DNA of 64,000 nucleotides, from the NCBI RefSeq assembly GCF_006345805.1, contig NC_043004.1:71610001-71674000 (forward strand). The letters run 5' to 3'. Under the pieces are notes generated by a model that was not told the DNA's origin, did no database searches, and was given only the letters and a program-made list of their open reading frames with translations. Shown here piece by piece: positions 11,442 to 25,096 of this stretch. Position 1 is the first letter of the stretch, and each line of letters begins with the position of its first letter. A program made the position numbers and the translations under genes. The stretch comes from Octopus sinensis (Eukaryota).

Positions 11442-14400
11442 ATGATCAAGATTGGTTGTGTAAATGCGCGTGGCTTGGGGTCCCCTTGGAAACAAGGGTA
11501 CCTCTTAAATGACATAAAGTCACATAAGTTAGAAATCATAGCCATAAGCGAGACCAGACTCCACAATCCGCGGGCCCTAAAGACCATGTTTGGCGGACAG
11601 TTCAACATTTATTTTTCCCCCTGTCTGCCGAGAATGGGCGGTAGTGGCACCGCGGTACTTTTTCACAAGAGTCTGGATCTCAATGTAAGGACAATATTCG
11701 TAGACCCGGAGGGTAGACTGGTCGTCCTGGATGTCGACGGCAGCAATGGGTGCGCTTTTCGACTCGTATCAGTTTACGCACCGCCCTTAACAGGTCGGGC
11801 GGATTTCTTTCAACGTCTAGAAGTTTTGTTGGGAACGTCTCGTCCTTTACTCTTAGTGGGGGATTGGAATGCTACCTTGGACACGCATGTAGACTACGTG
11901 GGTAGAGATAGGAATAGACGGGGATGCAAATGCCTCAGAGACCTGCTCAGACGCTTTCAACTGTCTGACAGGTTCCGACTAGACCACCCGAATGCGCCAA
12001 CGTGGACATGGAGCAACCGCATCGGGTCGTCGAGATCGTATCTAGATAGGATACTGTGTAGGACAGTAGATAGAGATAGCATAGGATGTCCACAATTCCA
12101 CATAGTCAGCTACACGGATCACAAACTTGTGACATGTACGCTAGACTTAGGTAAGACACTTAGGCAGGGTCCCGGATACTGGAAACTAAACGCGTCTTTC
12201 CCATCGAGACAAGTTTTCAGAGACCGGATTAGCACACTAGTAAAGAGGGCTTTGACGGGAGCCATCATCAACAACAAATGGTGGTTTGCCCTCAAGAGAG
12301 CAGTAAAAGCAGAAGCGATTAGGTACAGCAAAGCACTAGCCATAGATAGAAATAGAGTAGAGGGTGAGCTAGTTAAGAAGCTAGAAGAGGCAATTAGAAG
12401 CGGCATCGCATCCGACGTTTTGGCGGCGAGGTTGGCCCTCGACCAACACTTCAACGTCAAACACGAAGGATGTGCTGTCAGAGCTAGGATGCGTGCTCTA
12501 AGGAACGAAGGTGTTGGAGCCGCGAGAGAGGCCCGGGTGGCAGAGGCGCAACAGGGCAACAAAGCCACCATTCGGTCACTGGTAGATGAACAGGGGCGCG
12601 AATTGCTCGAGCCAAGTAAAATGTGTGAGGCCTTTCAGCAGCATTTTGCCCGACTGTTCGGAACGAGTGGAGGGCAAGAACGTAGGGTGGACTTCAGTGC
12701 CTACCTACATAGCCTACCACGACTCTCGACAAGAAAGGCAGGGTGCTGCGAAGGTGCCATCACGGCGGCGGAAGTGCGGGAAGCGATGGCAGAATGCTCG
12801 AGGGACAAATCACCGGGTTTGGATGGTCTACCCTACGAGCTTTACAATTGTATGCCAGACTTGTTTGGAGATCTCTTGGCGGCGGTGTACTGCAACTGGC
12901 AGCAAAACGGGAGCATTCCTGGTTTTGTGAGCCGAGGAGCCGTAACACTGCTGAGGAAAGATCTAAACAAGGGAAATGTAATAGATAACTTTAGGCCCAT
13001 CACTCTGCTTAATGCAGACTTGAAAATTTTGGCCAAGGTGCTAGCCAAGAGGTTGGCGCTTGTCATCGAGAAACTGGTCGACAAGGCGCAAACATGCGCC
13101 GTGCCAGGCCGGACCATCCATGACAACCTCCATCTGATGCGCTACATCATAGACAGGGTAGTTAACGAACCTGGCATGGGTGGGGCCCTGATCAACTTGG
13201 ATCAATCGAAAGCCTTTGATAGGGTGGACCATCGATACTTGGAGGCAGTCCTGAGAGCGGCTGGTTTCGGGCCCGTCTTCCGCGGCTGGATAGCTGCCTT
13301 GTACAGAGGCATCCGTTCGGTAATTCGCGTAAATGGACATCTATCGAGACCTTTCGACATTGCACGTTCGGTCCGCCAGGGATGCCCCCTCTCGGCGCTT
13401 CTATACGTATTGACTCTTGAGCCACTACTGCGGAAGCTGGCGACTCTAAGGGGCATCCCGCGAGAATTGGGATGCGGGACGAGCGTGTCTGCATACGCGG
13501 ACGACGTCACCGTCATAGTGTCTAGCCACGAGCACATCGAGCTGGTCGGCGAGACACTGAAAAACTACGAAGCGGTGACAGGAGCGAAAATCAACCGGGA
13601 AAAGTCAGTGGGCTTGCGACTAGGCACCTGGAGAAGCAAGCCCATGCCGTCCACCAGCGCCTCCGTCGTGGGACGCTGGACCGACGGCCCGGTTGAGTTG
13701 CTCGGGGTCTGGTTTGGTCCGGACCTCCAAGTGGAGAAGAACTGGAACGAGATAACGAGTAGGGTGGTCACTCTCGCCCGGCAATGGGCCGAGAGGAAAC
13801 TGTCCCTAAAAGGTTGAGCGGAGGTGGCGAACACGTACATCGCGTCCGTCATCTACTACCGCCTGACCGTCGTACCTTGTCCCGACCCTACCATCACCAA
13901 ACTACAACGCATCCTCTTTCGCTTCTTGTGGAAAGGATGCGTCCCGATGGTCAGGCGATCCATTTGCTGTCAACACCCGTTAAAAGGAGGGCTGGGCATG
14001 CCGTGGTTGATGATGCGCAGACACGCGCTGAGACTGCGACATCTCTGGCTCTATGTAGACGACGGTGAACAGGTGTGGTCGCCGTTTGTGAGGCACGCTT
14101 TCCCGCAGCTCGTCTCCATGACCGAACTGCAGTCGTGGATCAAAAAGAGGCCGAGGAAGGGCGAATGGCACCGCGAGTGTCGCGTTGCTCTCAAGCAACT
14201 CTGCCGTCCTGGGTCGACCTTAAGTGACTTCAACACAACCAAAGCATTCTATAGGGGTTTAGTGGAGGGGAGGTACGACGACGAGCTCGGGGCGAACCTG
14301 GACGTCGACGAGGAGTACCTGACCCGCCTGTTCGGGACGACTTTCGGGCCAGGGCCCATGGACAACTTCCAGAGATCCCTGGCCTGGCAGTGCTACCGAG

Positions 14401-14879
14401 AAGCGCTACCCGTTCGGGATAAGCTCTACAGACACGGCTCGAGAAACACGGGGCCGACCTGCCCGAGATGCGGTCAGAGCGACGAAACCGTTCTGCACGC
14501 ACTCGTTCAGTGTCCAACAATTTCCGACCTGTGGGCTTATGTCGAACAACTGCTGTCACGTGTGGGACGAGTCGGTTTATCAGCTGAGTCTATCGTCAAT
14601 ATTGTCACGCCTCCTTCCTTCAAACGGGAAGGAAGAGCTATTTTCATCATCCTTGTGGCTATGGCGAAAGAATGTATCTGGTGGACGCGTCTGAAAGGAT
14701 TGGAGACAAACACTTTCCTCTCTGGTCAATCTCTCATCAACTTCTTCAAGTACCACTTGAAAAGGAAAGTGAGAGTAGAGAGGCAAGTTTTGTCTAGCGA
14801 ATGTTTTAAAAAAAGATGGGTGAATGTAGCAAGAATGGCACGTATGAATGACGAAGCCACCTTGAGCATAGTCCTATGA
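11442..14879 (+). pseudogene. Tx1-like ORF2 (APE endonuclease, reverse transcriptase, C-terminal CCHC) with one in-frame TGA at 13815-13817
   Basis: Motifs: NARGL, ISETR, VYAP, GDWN, YLDRI, TDH; PGLDG, RPITLLN, DQSKAFD, RQGCPLS, YADD; CPRCGQSDETVLHALVQC. ORFs 11442-13817 and 13824-14879 are in the same frame (LSLKG*AEVAN, likely CGA to TGA). Confidence 0.93.
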
Positions 14880-15173
14880 ACCCAGAAATCGAAAACAGAG
14901 AGTTGCTTATTTGCAAAAAAAAAAAAAAAAAAAAAAAGAAATATAAAATGTGACTTCATTGACCGAGGTTACCGTGGTCTTTTCCGTAGGCTTTTCTTTC
15001 CACGGGTAAACCTCACCTGTCCTCCCCTTTACACTTCATATTGACATTTCTGTGATAACGATCCCTATTGATCAATTTTTTTTTCCTCTCCCCCTTTTTT
15101 TTTTTTTTTTTAACCCCCCTTTTTTGTCCTCTTTCTCTCCTTTTACGATCCCTTTTGATCGAAACTCCCCCTT

Positions 15174-15207
<34 letters not shown>

Positions 15208-15278
15208 CTTCAAAAGAAAAGCTCTACCTTGTAATTTGTTCTATCTGTGTGCAGCCCTGTGTGGCTAATAAAGAAACA

Positions 15279-15313
<35 letters not shown>

Positions 15314-15329
15314 GGGATTAGGCTGCGGA

Positions 15330-16340
15330 AGTAGAGATAGTTCAATTTTGTTGTGTTACTCTTGTTGAAACTATGATGGGGTGGATAAAAGAGTACAAAA
15401 TAGTTGAAAAGTGGATGAAGAGGGATACATACAATGGATTGAGAAGGGAAAACAAAGCAGAAACGAATTGGAAGGATCAGAAATATGGGTGGATAAACGG
15501 TGGGTTGGACAGTTTATCTAAAGAAATGTAGTGAAGGGTTTCAATTTCGAGTGGGATTGTGTTGTCAGAAAGAATACTTACTTTTGGGGGAGGGGAGACC
15601 GACTGCAACAACACCAGTGACAAACTGCTAATTAGCCTTATCGTTTGGACAATTGGCCTGTACTTGTAGCTGTATGCCTTGTCATAACCTGTACCGATTC
15701 TCCATCCTCTGTGTTCGCAGATTAGTATTTTTTCTTCTATATCGAAGAAAATCACAGCCACCAACCAGCTTGCACAGCCCCATATTTCTAACCCTTAACT
15801 AGATATATTTTGCCCTTCCAAACTGGTTTTAAACGCTTTTCAATTTGCTGGTTGCCTGCGCTACTTTTCTACTCATGAGTCCAAATTTTTTATGTACAAC
15901 TGTCCGCAAATTAATTTCTTGATGGACATATCTATGAAGTACCACATTCCTCTCACATTTCTCCAACATATATTTAACAGTTTTGAATTCACTTTCATCT
16001 GTAAAAATGTCTTCGCCGTTTTTTTTGGTGGTGGAGGTGGGGTCTTGCGCAAAATCGATAGATGTGTATTTGCGTTTACTTGGCTGTCTTCGTTAATAAT
16101 GTTGGTGTGTTGGCGATGGTGGCGGGTCTGCTGCTAACAGCGGCGGTGGCGTTTGAGGTGGCAGTATCCTTGTTTGTGTTGTTGCTTTTTTGTTGTCATT
16201 GAGCTGTTTTGCTCCTGCGATGGTGAAGGTGGTGTTAAAAGCATAGGAAATTTACTTTCATAGTCCTGACGTGCGCTATTGTTCGTGTCGTTGTTACTGT
16301 GTGTGCGTGTGTGTGTGTTTGTTTGCTTGTTTCTTGAGCG
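15330..16340 (-). mobile_element. Degenerate Tx1-like 5' end/ORF1 remnant
   Basis: Minus-strand translation QEINLRTVVHKKFGLMSRKSSAGNQQIEKRLKPVWKGKIYLVKG*KYGAVQ resembles KTIIYKVINKKTRRTENAPQEKIDKCLRPAWDSKEYISWGNKFGTVQ of the intact element. Confidence 0.6.
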
Positions 16341-16349
16341 AAGCGGTTT

Positions 16350-16672
16350 TCGTGGGAGAAGTCCGAAACGTGGTCCTTTGCTATTCGTAAGACCCGCAGA
16401 AGAGAAAGCAGGTCAACCCCGACACCGAGAGCATCGACGGATGGATGAATGCGCATCCAGGCTCAATGGTTGGTTAGGAAGTCGGGGACAAGAAACAGGA
16501 AGAAAGAGTGAGAGAAAGTTGGAGCGAAAGAGTACAACAAGGGTCGCCACCACCACCTGCCGGAACCTCGTGGAGCTTTTAGGCGTGTTCGGCCAATAAA
16601 CACACTCAACGCCCGGTCTGGGAATCGAAACCGCGAGTCCGCTGCCCTAAACACTGGGCCATTGCGCCTCCC
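16350..16672 (-). mobile_element. SINE family B
   Basis: cccggtctgggaatcgaaaccgcgagtccgctgccctaaacactgggccattgcgcctcc is the reverse complement of the family B head. Confidence 0.8.
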
Positions 16673-18210
16673 GTTGTTGCTGCTGTTGCTTCTGCTGAAA
16701 CAGTCATTGTATTTTACGCCTTGGATGTTCTCCTTTCCGGACGACCGGCCGTTCCTCTCAGTGGAGGGACAATTCTCGTTTGCACAACATGAGGGGCTTG
16801 TTTGCTCAAAAGAACGCTACAGTGCGCTCTAAGTGCTAAGCTGAAGAAGGACTAACCAACTGCCTTAAGTCCTGGTTAGTCTATCTACGTAACGATAACA
16901 AATGTTTTATAAATAACAATGTATAACAATATGAATAACAAACTTACATGTAACAAGTGTCGATAGACGAACAACAACAACAACAATATTTCAATCTTTT
17001 ATTTGCCACGGGGGCTCACATAAAACAACATCAATGACTTGAACTTCAATAAGTAGTTTCACATGAATGGGAATAAATTAAAAATAAAATTAGCATGCAG
17101 AAATGGAATAGTCCAGATGGAGATGTGCTTTTACATTAGATTATCTGCTAATTAGCTAGCATTAAGTATCTATATGAAGTTTCGCTCTATGTAATATCTG
17201 TTTTCTCGAACAGCCGCTCCTACAGAGTACTGCTGTTGGTTTATTTCTTATACATAAAGGACTAAAGCTTCAACTGATTACTGCTTTCTGACTCATCGTA
17301 AGGTTTGTTGTTATTATTATTACTGTTTAACTATTGTTATCACGCTTGTTGGTTCCTCGTAAAGGAAACATTGTTGTGTTGCATTTGTTAAATAATTGTA
17401 AACTGTAACCCCCCCTTTGGGAGAAGGAGCTTTAGTTATTGTTTAAAAATTGAATTGTGTCCCTGTGTGGGGAAATTGACAATATTTTCACCGTTTACAC
17501 GGAAGCATTTCTGTTAGAATGCCTTCGATAGAAGAAAGTACAAAAATGAATTTCGCTGCAACCGCCGGTGGGCGCGAACTCATTGATATCAAAATAGAAG
17601 AAATAGGGATTGATCACCGACAAAGAATCTAGGATAACACCACCAAACGAAATAAAAAAATTAATTAAAGAAAAGACTATTGTCTATAAAATATACAATG
17701 TAGTGAAAAAAAAAAGATTTGAACACCTGGAGGAAAGCACCATCGAAAAGTGTTTTGGTGCGACTATGAAAGATATCTAACTAGAGGCGGTAAATTCGCC
17801 ATAATAGAAGCAAGGTTCGAGTCAACGGAACGTGCAAGGGAGAGTACTCGACTCGAACTTTGCAAAGTGGAAATATTTTATTTTTACCTTTATATCTGGG
17901 ACGTAGGACGTCCCGGATAAAAAATTAAAATGTCCCCCCAGAAGTAGAGGTAGGCTGGATTGTAGCCACACTTCTATACAAGAGGGAGGACAAGATACAA
18001 TTGATCGAAATTGCAAGAGACGGGCCTACAATTCCAGTCTGTTATATATTTTGAGTATTGTTATCACTAGCGATATCAAGATATAACTTTGTATTTTGTA
18101 TTTTATGTGTAGATGTATATATATAGATGTACATGTAATATGTACACATATATATACACATATATACATGCACTAGCACTATGACCCGGCAACGACGGGT
18201 CACAATGCTA

Positions 18211-18269
<59 letters not shown>

Positions 18270-18625
18270 AAATACTTGAATGCATGCTGAGAGATTGTCA
18301 TAGCCCATTTGCCTTCAGATGCAGTCTGTAGTTATTATCAGTGTATTTAGGCAATATAAATAAGAGTTTTGACTGTTATTTCCAGCAGGTGGACATACTT
18401 AGTATGTCATTTGAATTAGTTTGAATCCTTCAGCTATTTAATGAATTGTAGGGCCTGCAATCGCCTATATTATTGATTCGGATATTATCATTTTTAATTG
18501 TGACACTAGATAATTATAAAGCCAATGATATCTTTGCAAATATTTTTTTCTTCTGAATTATGTTCTCCGTATTGAAATTATATATATATATATATATGTT
18601 TGTATGTATGTATTTTTTTTCAGGA

Positions 18626-18935
18626 ATGAAAACAATAAAAGACCTACTGCAAGTTTTCATATTTATGTTTCTCGTTACTTTGAAGATTGGCGAATCGAAC
18701 ATCAACGGGAAAATATTTTGGCAATTGTCCAAGTCAACATGCTTGACATATACATATTTTCGAAAGGAAAACACAAAATCCGTCACGGAATGCGCATTAC
18801 GATGTATGATGAATGAGATGTGTGCTTATTTTAGCTATTGTAATGGCCCGTGCAAAATGTATAAATTGTTTTACTGGAAATACCGTTCAGATGCTAATTG
18901 CAACTGTTCATCTTATATAATTCTCTCTAAAAACT
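18626..18935 (+). CDS. Exon 1 (coding) of a secreted PAN/Apple-like domain protein
   Basis: Acceptor ttttttttcag at 18622-18623, ATG 18626, hydrophobic leader MKTIKDLLQVFIFMFLVTLKIGES, PAN-type Cys pattern ECALRC...CAYFSY..C, donor T|GTGAGT at 18936 (phase 1). Confidence 0.85.
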
Positions 18936-19029
18936 GTGAGTAATTCATATTTTCATCTAATGTCTGTGCTTTTAGTATTCCCTGCTCCTCATTATCTCCA
19001 CGTATATTAGGAATCTCTCTTTTCTTGTT

Positions 19030-20100
19030 CAGTCTGATTGTTTGAGTAACTCATTCATTACATTCCTTTTCTTGTATGATGTAAAGTTCATAGGTTGACG
19101 AAAATACTCTCATGGAATGGGAATAAATGAGGTTTCATTTTGAATATAGTCCCCTTTGCTATCCACACACTTCTTCAATCACTGTTGCAGTGCTTGGATC
19201 TCATTGGTGATGAAGCTTTCATGCTGTTGTTCAAAACCGTCATCAATAGCAGATATGACGTCATCATCAGTGCGATACTGGTTTCCAACCAAGTAAAACT
19301 GTTTTTTCATGCTGAGAAAAGATGATAATCACATGGGACTTAATCAGGAGAATAATCAGACGATCAACCACTTCAAAACCACAGTCTTGTGTGCTGGGCA
19401 CTCTCCTGATTAAAGAAGTCACATTTCATCAGATTTCCTGGGTCTTTTGATAGCTTTTTGTAACTACCTCGGCGAGTTGGCATAGAACTTCCCATTGATG
19501 GTGTTGCTCTTTTGAAGATATTCAACAAGCACAGGGCCATTTTCATCCGAAAAAATGAGGCCATCCCCTACCCAGCAAAAAAAAAACGACTTAGTCTTTT
19601 TGTGGTGTAGGTGAGGAAGGATGTTTCCATTGTATGAATTGCCTCTTTTCTCTGTTTCAACGTGATGAAGGCAACACTCGTCTTGCCTTAGGAAACGTTT
19701 GAAGGAACCAGCAGGCCTGCCGGAAACAATGTCAAATTTTCTCGTGATGTGTGCGCTTTTGATCAGGTGTCAGAAGACGTGGAACCTACTGAGCGGAAAC
19801 ATTCATCATGCCAAGTTCGTTGCGCCGAATATTCTCAACTCTCTCACGGGTTACATTAGCCCTTTCATTTATAGTCAATCGCTTGTCACTCATCACAATG
19901 TGGTAAAGACGATCAGTGTTTTCTTCGGTGGTTGCAGTTTGCAAGATTCCAGACCTTGGATAATCTTCAAGACTCTCCCTTCTTCTTAACTCAGATACTC
20001 TCATTTGCAATGTTGATAAAGGGGGAGCTACACCCCTAACAAAGGAAGCAAATAATATCAGCATGAATGTCCCGGGCAGGCTAAATCTTTTTTCTGCAAG
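19030..20100 (-). mobile_element. Degenerate mariner transposase remnant
   Basis: LEDYPRSG..QTATTEEN (HTH linker); further on, GPVLVEYLQKSNTINGKFYAN-like segment; many stops. Confidence 0.7.
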
Positions 20101-20108
20101 CATTTAAG

Positions 20109-20885
20109 ACGTGGTCTGATTAATAAGTATCCGGACTGTTGCCATAGATTGATATTGAATTCTGCTCTGCATGCGCACTCAGGTTTAAAGTACTAACTTA
20201 CTTCTGCTGTTGACCGCCATGCTTGGAAGCAAAGTGTGTAGCGCGTGATCGTCGTATTGACCATGACATAGAAAGTTGAGCAGGGAATCTGCATAAAATT
20301 TTGCTAAATCTTGGTGATACCTGTTCAGAGGGCCATGCACATATTTCAACACGTTTTCATCATCTAGGAGATCTTGTGCAGCTGAAATCTGAATGTCTAT
20401 TTTGGTCAGCGGAAAGCGGTTTTGGCACAAACTTGGCATACCCAAATCTTCAGTGATAATGGAGCTAGCTGAACCGTAACTAATCTGCACATCCTCTGAT
20501 AACTCACTCATGGTGATTCGACTATTTCCCCTCACAGCTGCAGTCACATCTGCGGTGTTTTTCTCAGTTCTGCTGGTTGCGGCTCTCCAAGAACATTCAT
20601 CAATATCGAATATTTTTTAGCCATCTCAGAAACACCTCACACACTTTGCGCAGGTCTCTGAGCAATTATTGCCATGACCACTTTCTTGTCACGATCAATG
20701 CGATCACATGCTACACACCTTCCTTCCAAGCACTGCTGTAAACAACGGAAGTAAGCTTTAATGTTAAGCCTTAATGTACTTACACAGCAGAGTTGAAAGT
20801 CAATATTTGTCAAACGGCTTCATTCAGCGTGCTGTAACTATGTTATTATGGCAACAGTCCGGATACTTATTGATCAGATATCGTA
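20109..20885 (-). mobile_element. Internally deleted mariner with intact TIRs
   Basis: TIRs tctgattaataagtatccggactgttgccata (about 20115-20146) and tatggcaacagtccggatacttattgatcaga (about 20847-20878). Internal RITMSELSEDVQISYGSASSIITEDLGM is a mariner second HTH. Confidence 0.85.
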
Positions 20886-21233
20886 ACACTTACTATGCCA
20901 AATTTTGTCCATTTCCAGAGAAGTCGGTAATGATTACTTTTATGTAGCTAGCGATTGACACTCAGTGATTGATACGTGTCAGCTAAACATAGCAATAGTC
21001 TAACCCAGTTAACAATATATGTATAAAAAATAAAGTCACCAGTGAATAAAGATGAATAAGATCGAAATCACGTGATATATTGGTCTCCGTGCTTGCACTA
21101 TGTATCGAATCAGTCAACCACATTTGATGAAACACATTTGACCTAACATCTTTCTTTGTGTCGAAAAAGATATTTCAAATTACACATCAAACTGACCGTC
21201 TTTATACTTGCTTAAATATATAGGTATCCTCAT

Positions 21234-21291
<58 letters not shown>

Positions 21292-21734
21292 CACACACAC
21301 ACACACACACACACACATGGACAACCGATGGTGTGCTTACGTTCCCGTAACTTAGCAGTTCTGCTAAAGTGGACGATCGATAGAATAAGTAGTAGACTTA
21401 CAAAGTATAATTTGTTCGCTTAAAGGCGGTGCTCCAGCATGGCAACCGTCAAATGACTGAAACAGGTAAACGAATAAAAGTATACACACACACACACACA
21501 CATAAATTTTAGGTCTACCATCATGGAATTCATGTTAAACAAAGACCTTAAGTTACGTAAAATTACGATAAAAACATCAGGATATGGAAAATAAGTATAA
21601 TATCAGGGGGAATAACTTTAGATAAATTACCTCCCTTCGATCAAATTATAGTTGGATTCGATTCCATTCGAAATCTCTGCCCAGCTGTAGATAGATACAC
21701 ATATCTACATTAATATTTCATCTGCTTAACGCAG

Positions 21735-21930
21735 CAAGCTGGCAGAAACGTTAGCACACCGAGCGAAATACATAGCGGTCTGTGTGTTCAAATTCCGCCG
21801 AGGTCGAATTTTCCTTTCATCCTTTCCGGATGGATGAATTAAATATCAGTTGTGTACTGGTGTCGATCTAATCGACTGGCCCCCTCCCCCAAATTCAGGG
21901 CCTTCTGCCTAGAATAGAAAAGAATATTTC
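21735..21930 (+). mobile_element. SINE family A
   Basis: gcaagctggcagaaacgttagcacaccgagcgaaat...gttcaaattccgccgaggtcg. Confidence 0.8.
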
Positions 21931-22162
21931 GTCTGCATCAATATTTTAGACGTGTACACTTAATAGTTGATATAATTTCATTTTTATCGCATGTTTTGGC
22001 ATCATTTTTTTGATACAGTGCTGCAATAAATGTATGTATTTTATAAGTTTGTGTGTATATTTACGAATTAACGTATTAGTGTATTACACACTCCACTAAC
22101 GCATACACACCAATTTCTATCCACAAATGCAGTTCTAAGCGCTCATTCTCGTTGTTCGATAT

Positions 22163-22214
<52 letters not shown>

Positions 22215-24405
22215 GCACGCACACAGACACTCACACACAGACATGCTCACGCACACACATACACATACACATATCTAATTTTCTTATGCCTACCTACATT
22301 CAAAATTTTAAGAATAGACAAGATATCTTAATATATACATAACATTTCGGGAACTGTAACAGTTCTTTTATCAAACAACTTCGTTGGGACTGCTGCACCA
22401 ATGTTTTATGGCCATCGTCGAACACATACACCCCGCCACCAACATACACACACAAAGACACACCCAAATCATTCATTTCCAAGATTTATTCTATTTAAAA
22501 CAGAAAATCATTTAAATATTGAATCCAAGTAAATAAGCCAATCGTTTAATATATGCGATATCCTAACAAATCAGTTCATTCAAAGAATGCTAAATGGTCG
22601 TTCTCCAATGAGATACGAGCACGAGGGTCGTAACCAATTATATTACTAATTTTACATGTGAATGACTTTCCTGATTTATTCTCTAAACTATTCTAGTTTT
22701 ATACACCAGGCAGTACACTTTTGTAAATTCAGTTAGTGATTCTTTCATTAAAATTTAAGCAAGTACATTAAGAAAGTCATAAATAGACCCTTCTCTGTCA
22801 AGATTGGACTTCGGTTCCTCCCGAAATAATCAAAATATCATTCGAAAGGATATTGTTTATTTTTTATTCATAGCCAAATTATTGCTAGTTACGTTTTAAA
22901 ATATTGGCTACATTAAATATTCAAACACTAAACACTCATGTTTTTCATGCAGATGGCCTCAATAAAAATTGTTTCCATTTTTCCATTTTAACTGACGAAA
23001 TACCCTCATAATTTTTAACCAGCCTTTATTCATAACTGTTTCAATAGAATGTTTTATAGATTACCTTAAGGAGTCAAAGAGATAGATTTTCCTAGGTCGC
23101 TCAATCTGCTAGAAATATCAGATAAATCTCCTTCAAATTAAATTCTAGCATCTTGAAAAGAATAGTACATTATGGATGATATTGTCCTAGATACGAATAT
23201 ATGACAGATGGCAGAGCAGGTCATGGCCGAAAGAACTTTTCCCATAGGACTTCTCATTCAAAGTTGAATTGGTGACAGATAACAACAATAATAACAAAGT
23301 TCTGATATCCTTCTGATATCCATTTGGGGAATTTCATCATTTCGTCTTTCTCTGGGCCCCTTACCGTATGATCAGAGAAAGGATTTACAAAACCAAAGGG
23401 AGGGGAAAAAGCTCTAAAGTAAGTAAAAACAAATATTGTGAAGTATTTTTCTTTTACAATTAACACAGTATTTTAGAAATCTGATGTCTGCATAAAATTG
23501 TTAATGAGTCACAGACAACACTAGTGCCACCTAGAGTCCTCTCTACTGATGGATACAGTTGTAGATGTAGATATTGTGTCCATATGCAGACTGCTGTATG
23601 TTAAGTCAGTGCTGTCTACATATATAAACAATTGTTGTCTATAAATGCAGACAGCTGTATATGTGTGTGGACAACATACCCTTGGTGTACAGTGTTATTT
23701 TCTTGGTGTTCCGTTTTCTCTCAGTAATACAAGCTCCTTTTGATTCTCCTTTCTCTGCTTTGTAGCCCTGAAAGAGAGAGAATGAGAGAGAGAGAGAGAG
23801 AGAGGGGGGGAACGAAGATCTGAGGAAGATCCATTTAGAATTGAATTTACTGTTTATCAAAGGAAAGAAAGAAAAATATTCACAATATTTTTTAGATTTC
23901 AATTGAATCTGACGAAGTCATTGAAAGAAAAGGAAATTACTTTAGTCTGGAGGAGTATTTCTCGGAAGATTAGCTCAGTTTGGGATTTTACAAAAATTTA
24001 ATTTAATTTAATTAATTTTATTTTATTTTCTGAACTGATTTTAATCTTTTTAATATCAATGTTTTAACCCTGACCCTTCCCCATTGTCTACCATTGCTTT
24101 TATCAAAGTTTTTATGCCTAAAAGAATGAGATAAAAATAAAATAACAGAGACCATGTCCCTATAGATGTGTTTCTAAAGCTCTTAGCGTACCTCAGTCCC
24201 ATTACTGACCAGAGAAATTACTGAAATATGAATCAAAGATATTAAGATGAATTTTGAGAGATTTTATATAGAATATATAAAATAATGTTCACTGCACTTA
24301 ATAACATAGTGACATATTTCCTTGAAAATCTTGATAAATTTTGCGTCTAAAAAAATTTTGTCTATTATTTTACATTTAAAAGATTATTATTTATTACTCT
24401 TGCAG

Positions 24406-24497
24406 ATGCGAACTGGCATAAAGTATTGGAAATACGGACATACGCGTATAGAAATTTTATTCTTCAAACGTACTGGGACATTTTGCCTATTGAAAAG
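24406..24497 (+). CDS. Exon 2 of the PAN-domain gene
   Basis: ttactcttgcag acceptor, AAG|gtatac donor, 92 nt, phase 1 to 0, open: YANWHKVLEIRTYAYRNFILQTYWDILPIEK. Confidence 0.8.
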
Positions 24498-24861
24498 GTA
24501 TACATTTTCAAAACTTCGAAATGATTTTCATTTGATAAAACAGTCTACATAGTGATCAGCCCGTTATGTCTTGAAGGATATTATTTTAATCTTTTTTTTT
24601 TCATTATTGCAATGGTGTATGTAATTTATTTTCTTGATATTGTAGAGGTTGTAGTTACTGTTTAAATCCTGATGTTACAAATGCTTCAGTTTTAACTCCT
24701 GTTTTGTTTTCATTTAGGTCTTTCTATATTAATTGCTTCCTTACTCATACAGATGTATACACATACACACATTCTCTCTCTCTCACACATACACACACAC
24801 ACACGCGCGCGCGCGCGCGCACCCACAAACATTTTTGTTTGATTAAGCTTAAATACCTATT

Positions 24862-25096
24862 TCTTTACTACCCGGAAGGGGCTACACACAGAGAGGACAA
24901 ACAAGGACAGAAAAACGGATTAAGTCGATTATATTGACCCCAGTGCGTAACTGGTACTTATTTAATCGACTCCGGAAGGATGAAAGGCAAAGTCGACCTC
25001 GGCGGAATTTGAACTCAGAACGTAGCGGCAGACGAAATACCGCTAAGCATTTCGCCCGGCGTGCTAACGATTCTACCAATTCGCCGCCTTATTATC
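24862..25096 (-). mobile_element. SINE family A, full length with TSD
   Basis: TSD cttaaatacctat on both sides (about 24849 and 25098). Confidence 0.88.

Larger units (their letters stand above)
9188..15278 (+). mobile_element. Near-full-length Tx1/L1-clade LINE
   Basis: 5' UTR, ORF1 with CCHC knuckle, ORF2 with APE, RT and zinc knuckle, T-rich 3' UTR, AATAAA at 15267-15272. Both ends lie in (TATC)n (9163-9186 and 15279-15313). Confidence 0.93.

Noticed and set aside
16841-16885. CTGAAGA followed by a hairpin
   Set aside because: No GAAA, stem III or NUH site.
23909-23930. CTGACGA-agtcatt-GAAA
   Set aside because: No stems I or III; expected by chance in AT-rich DNA.
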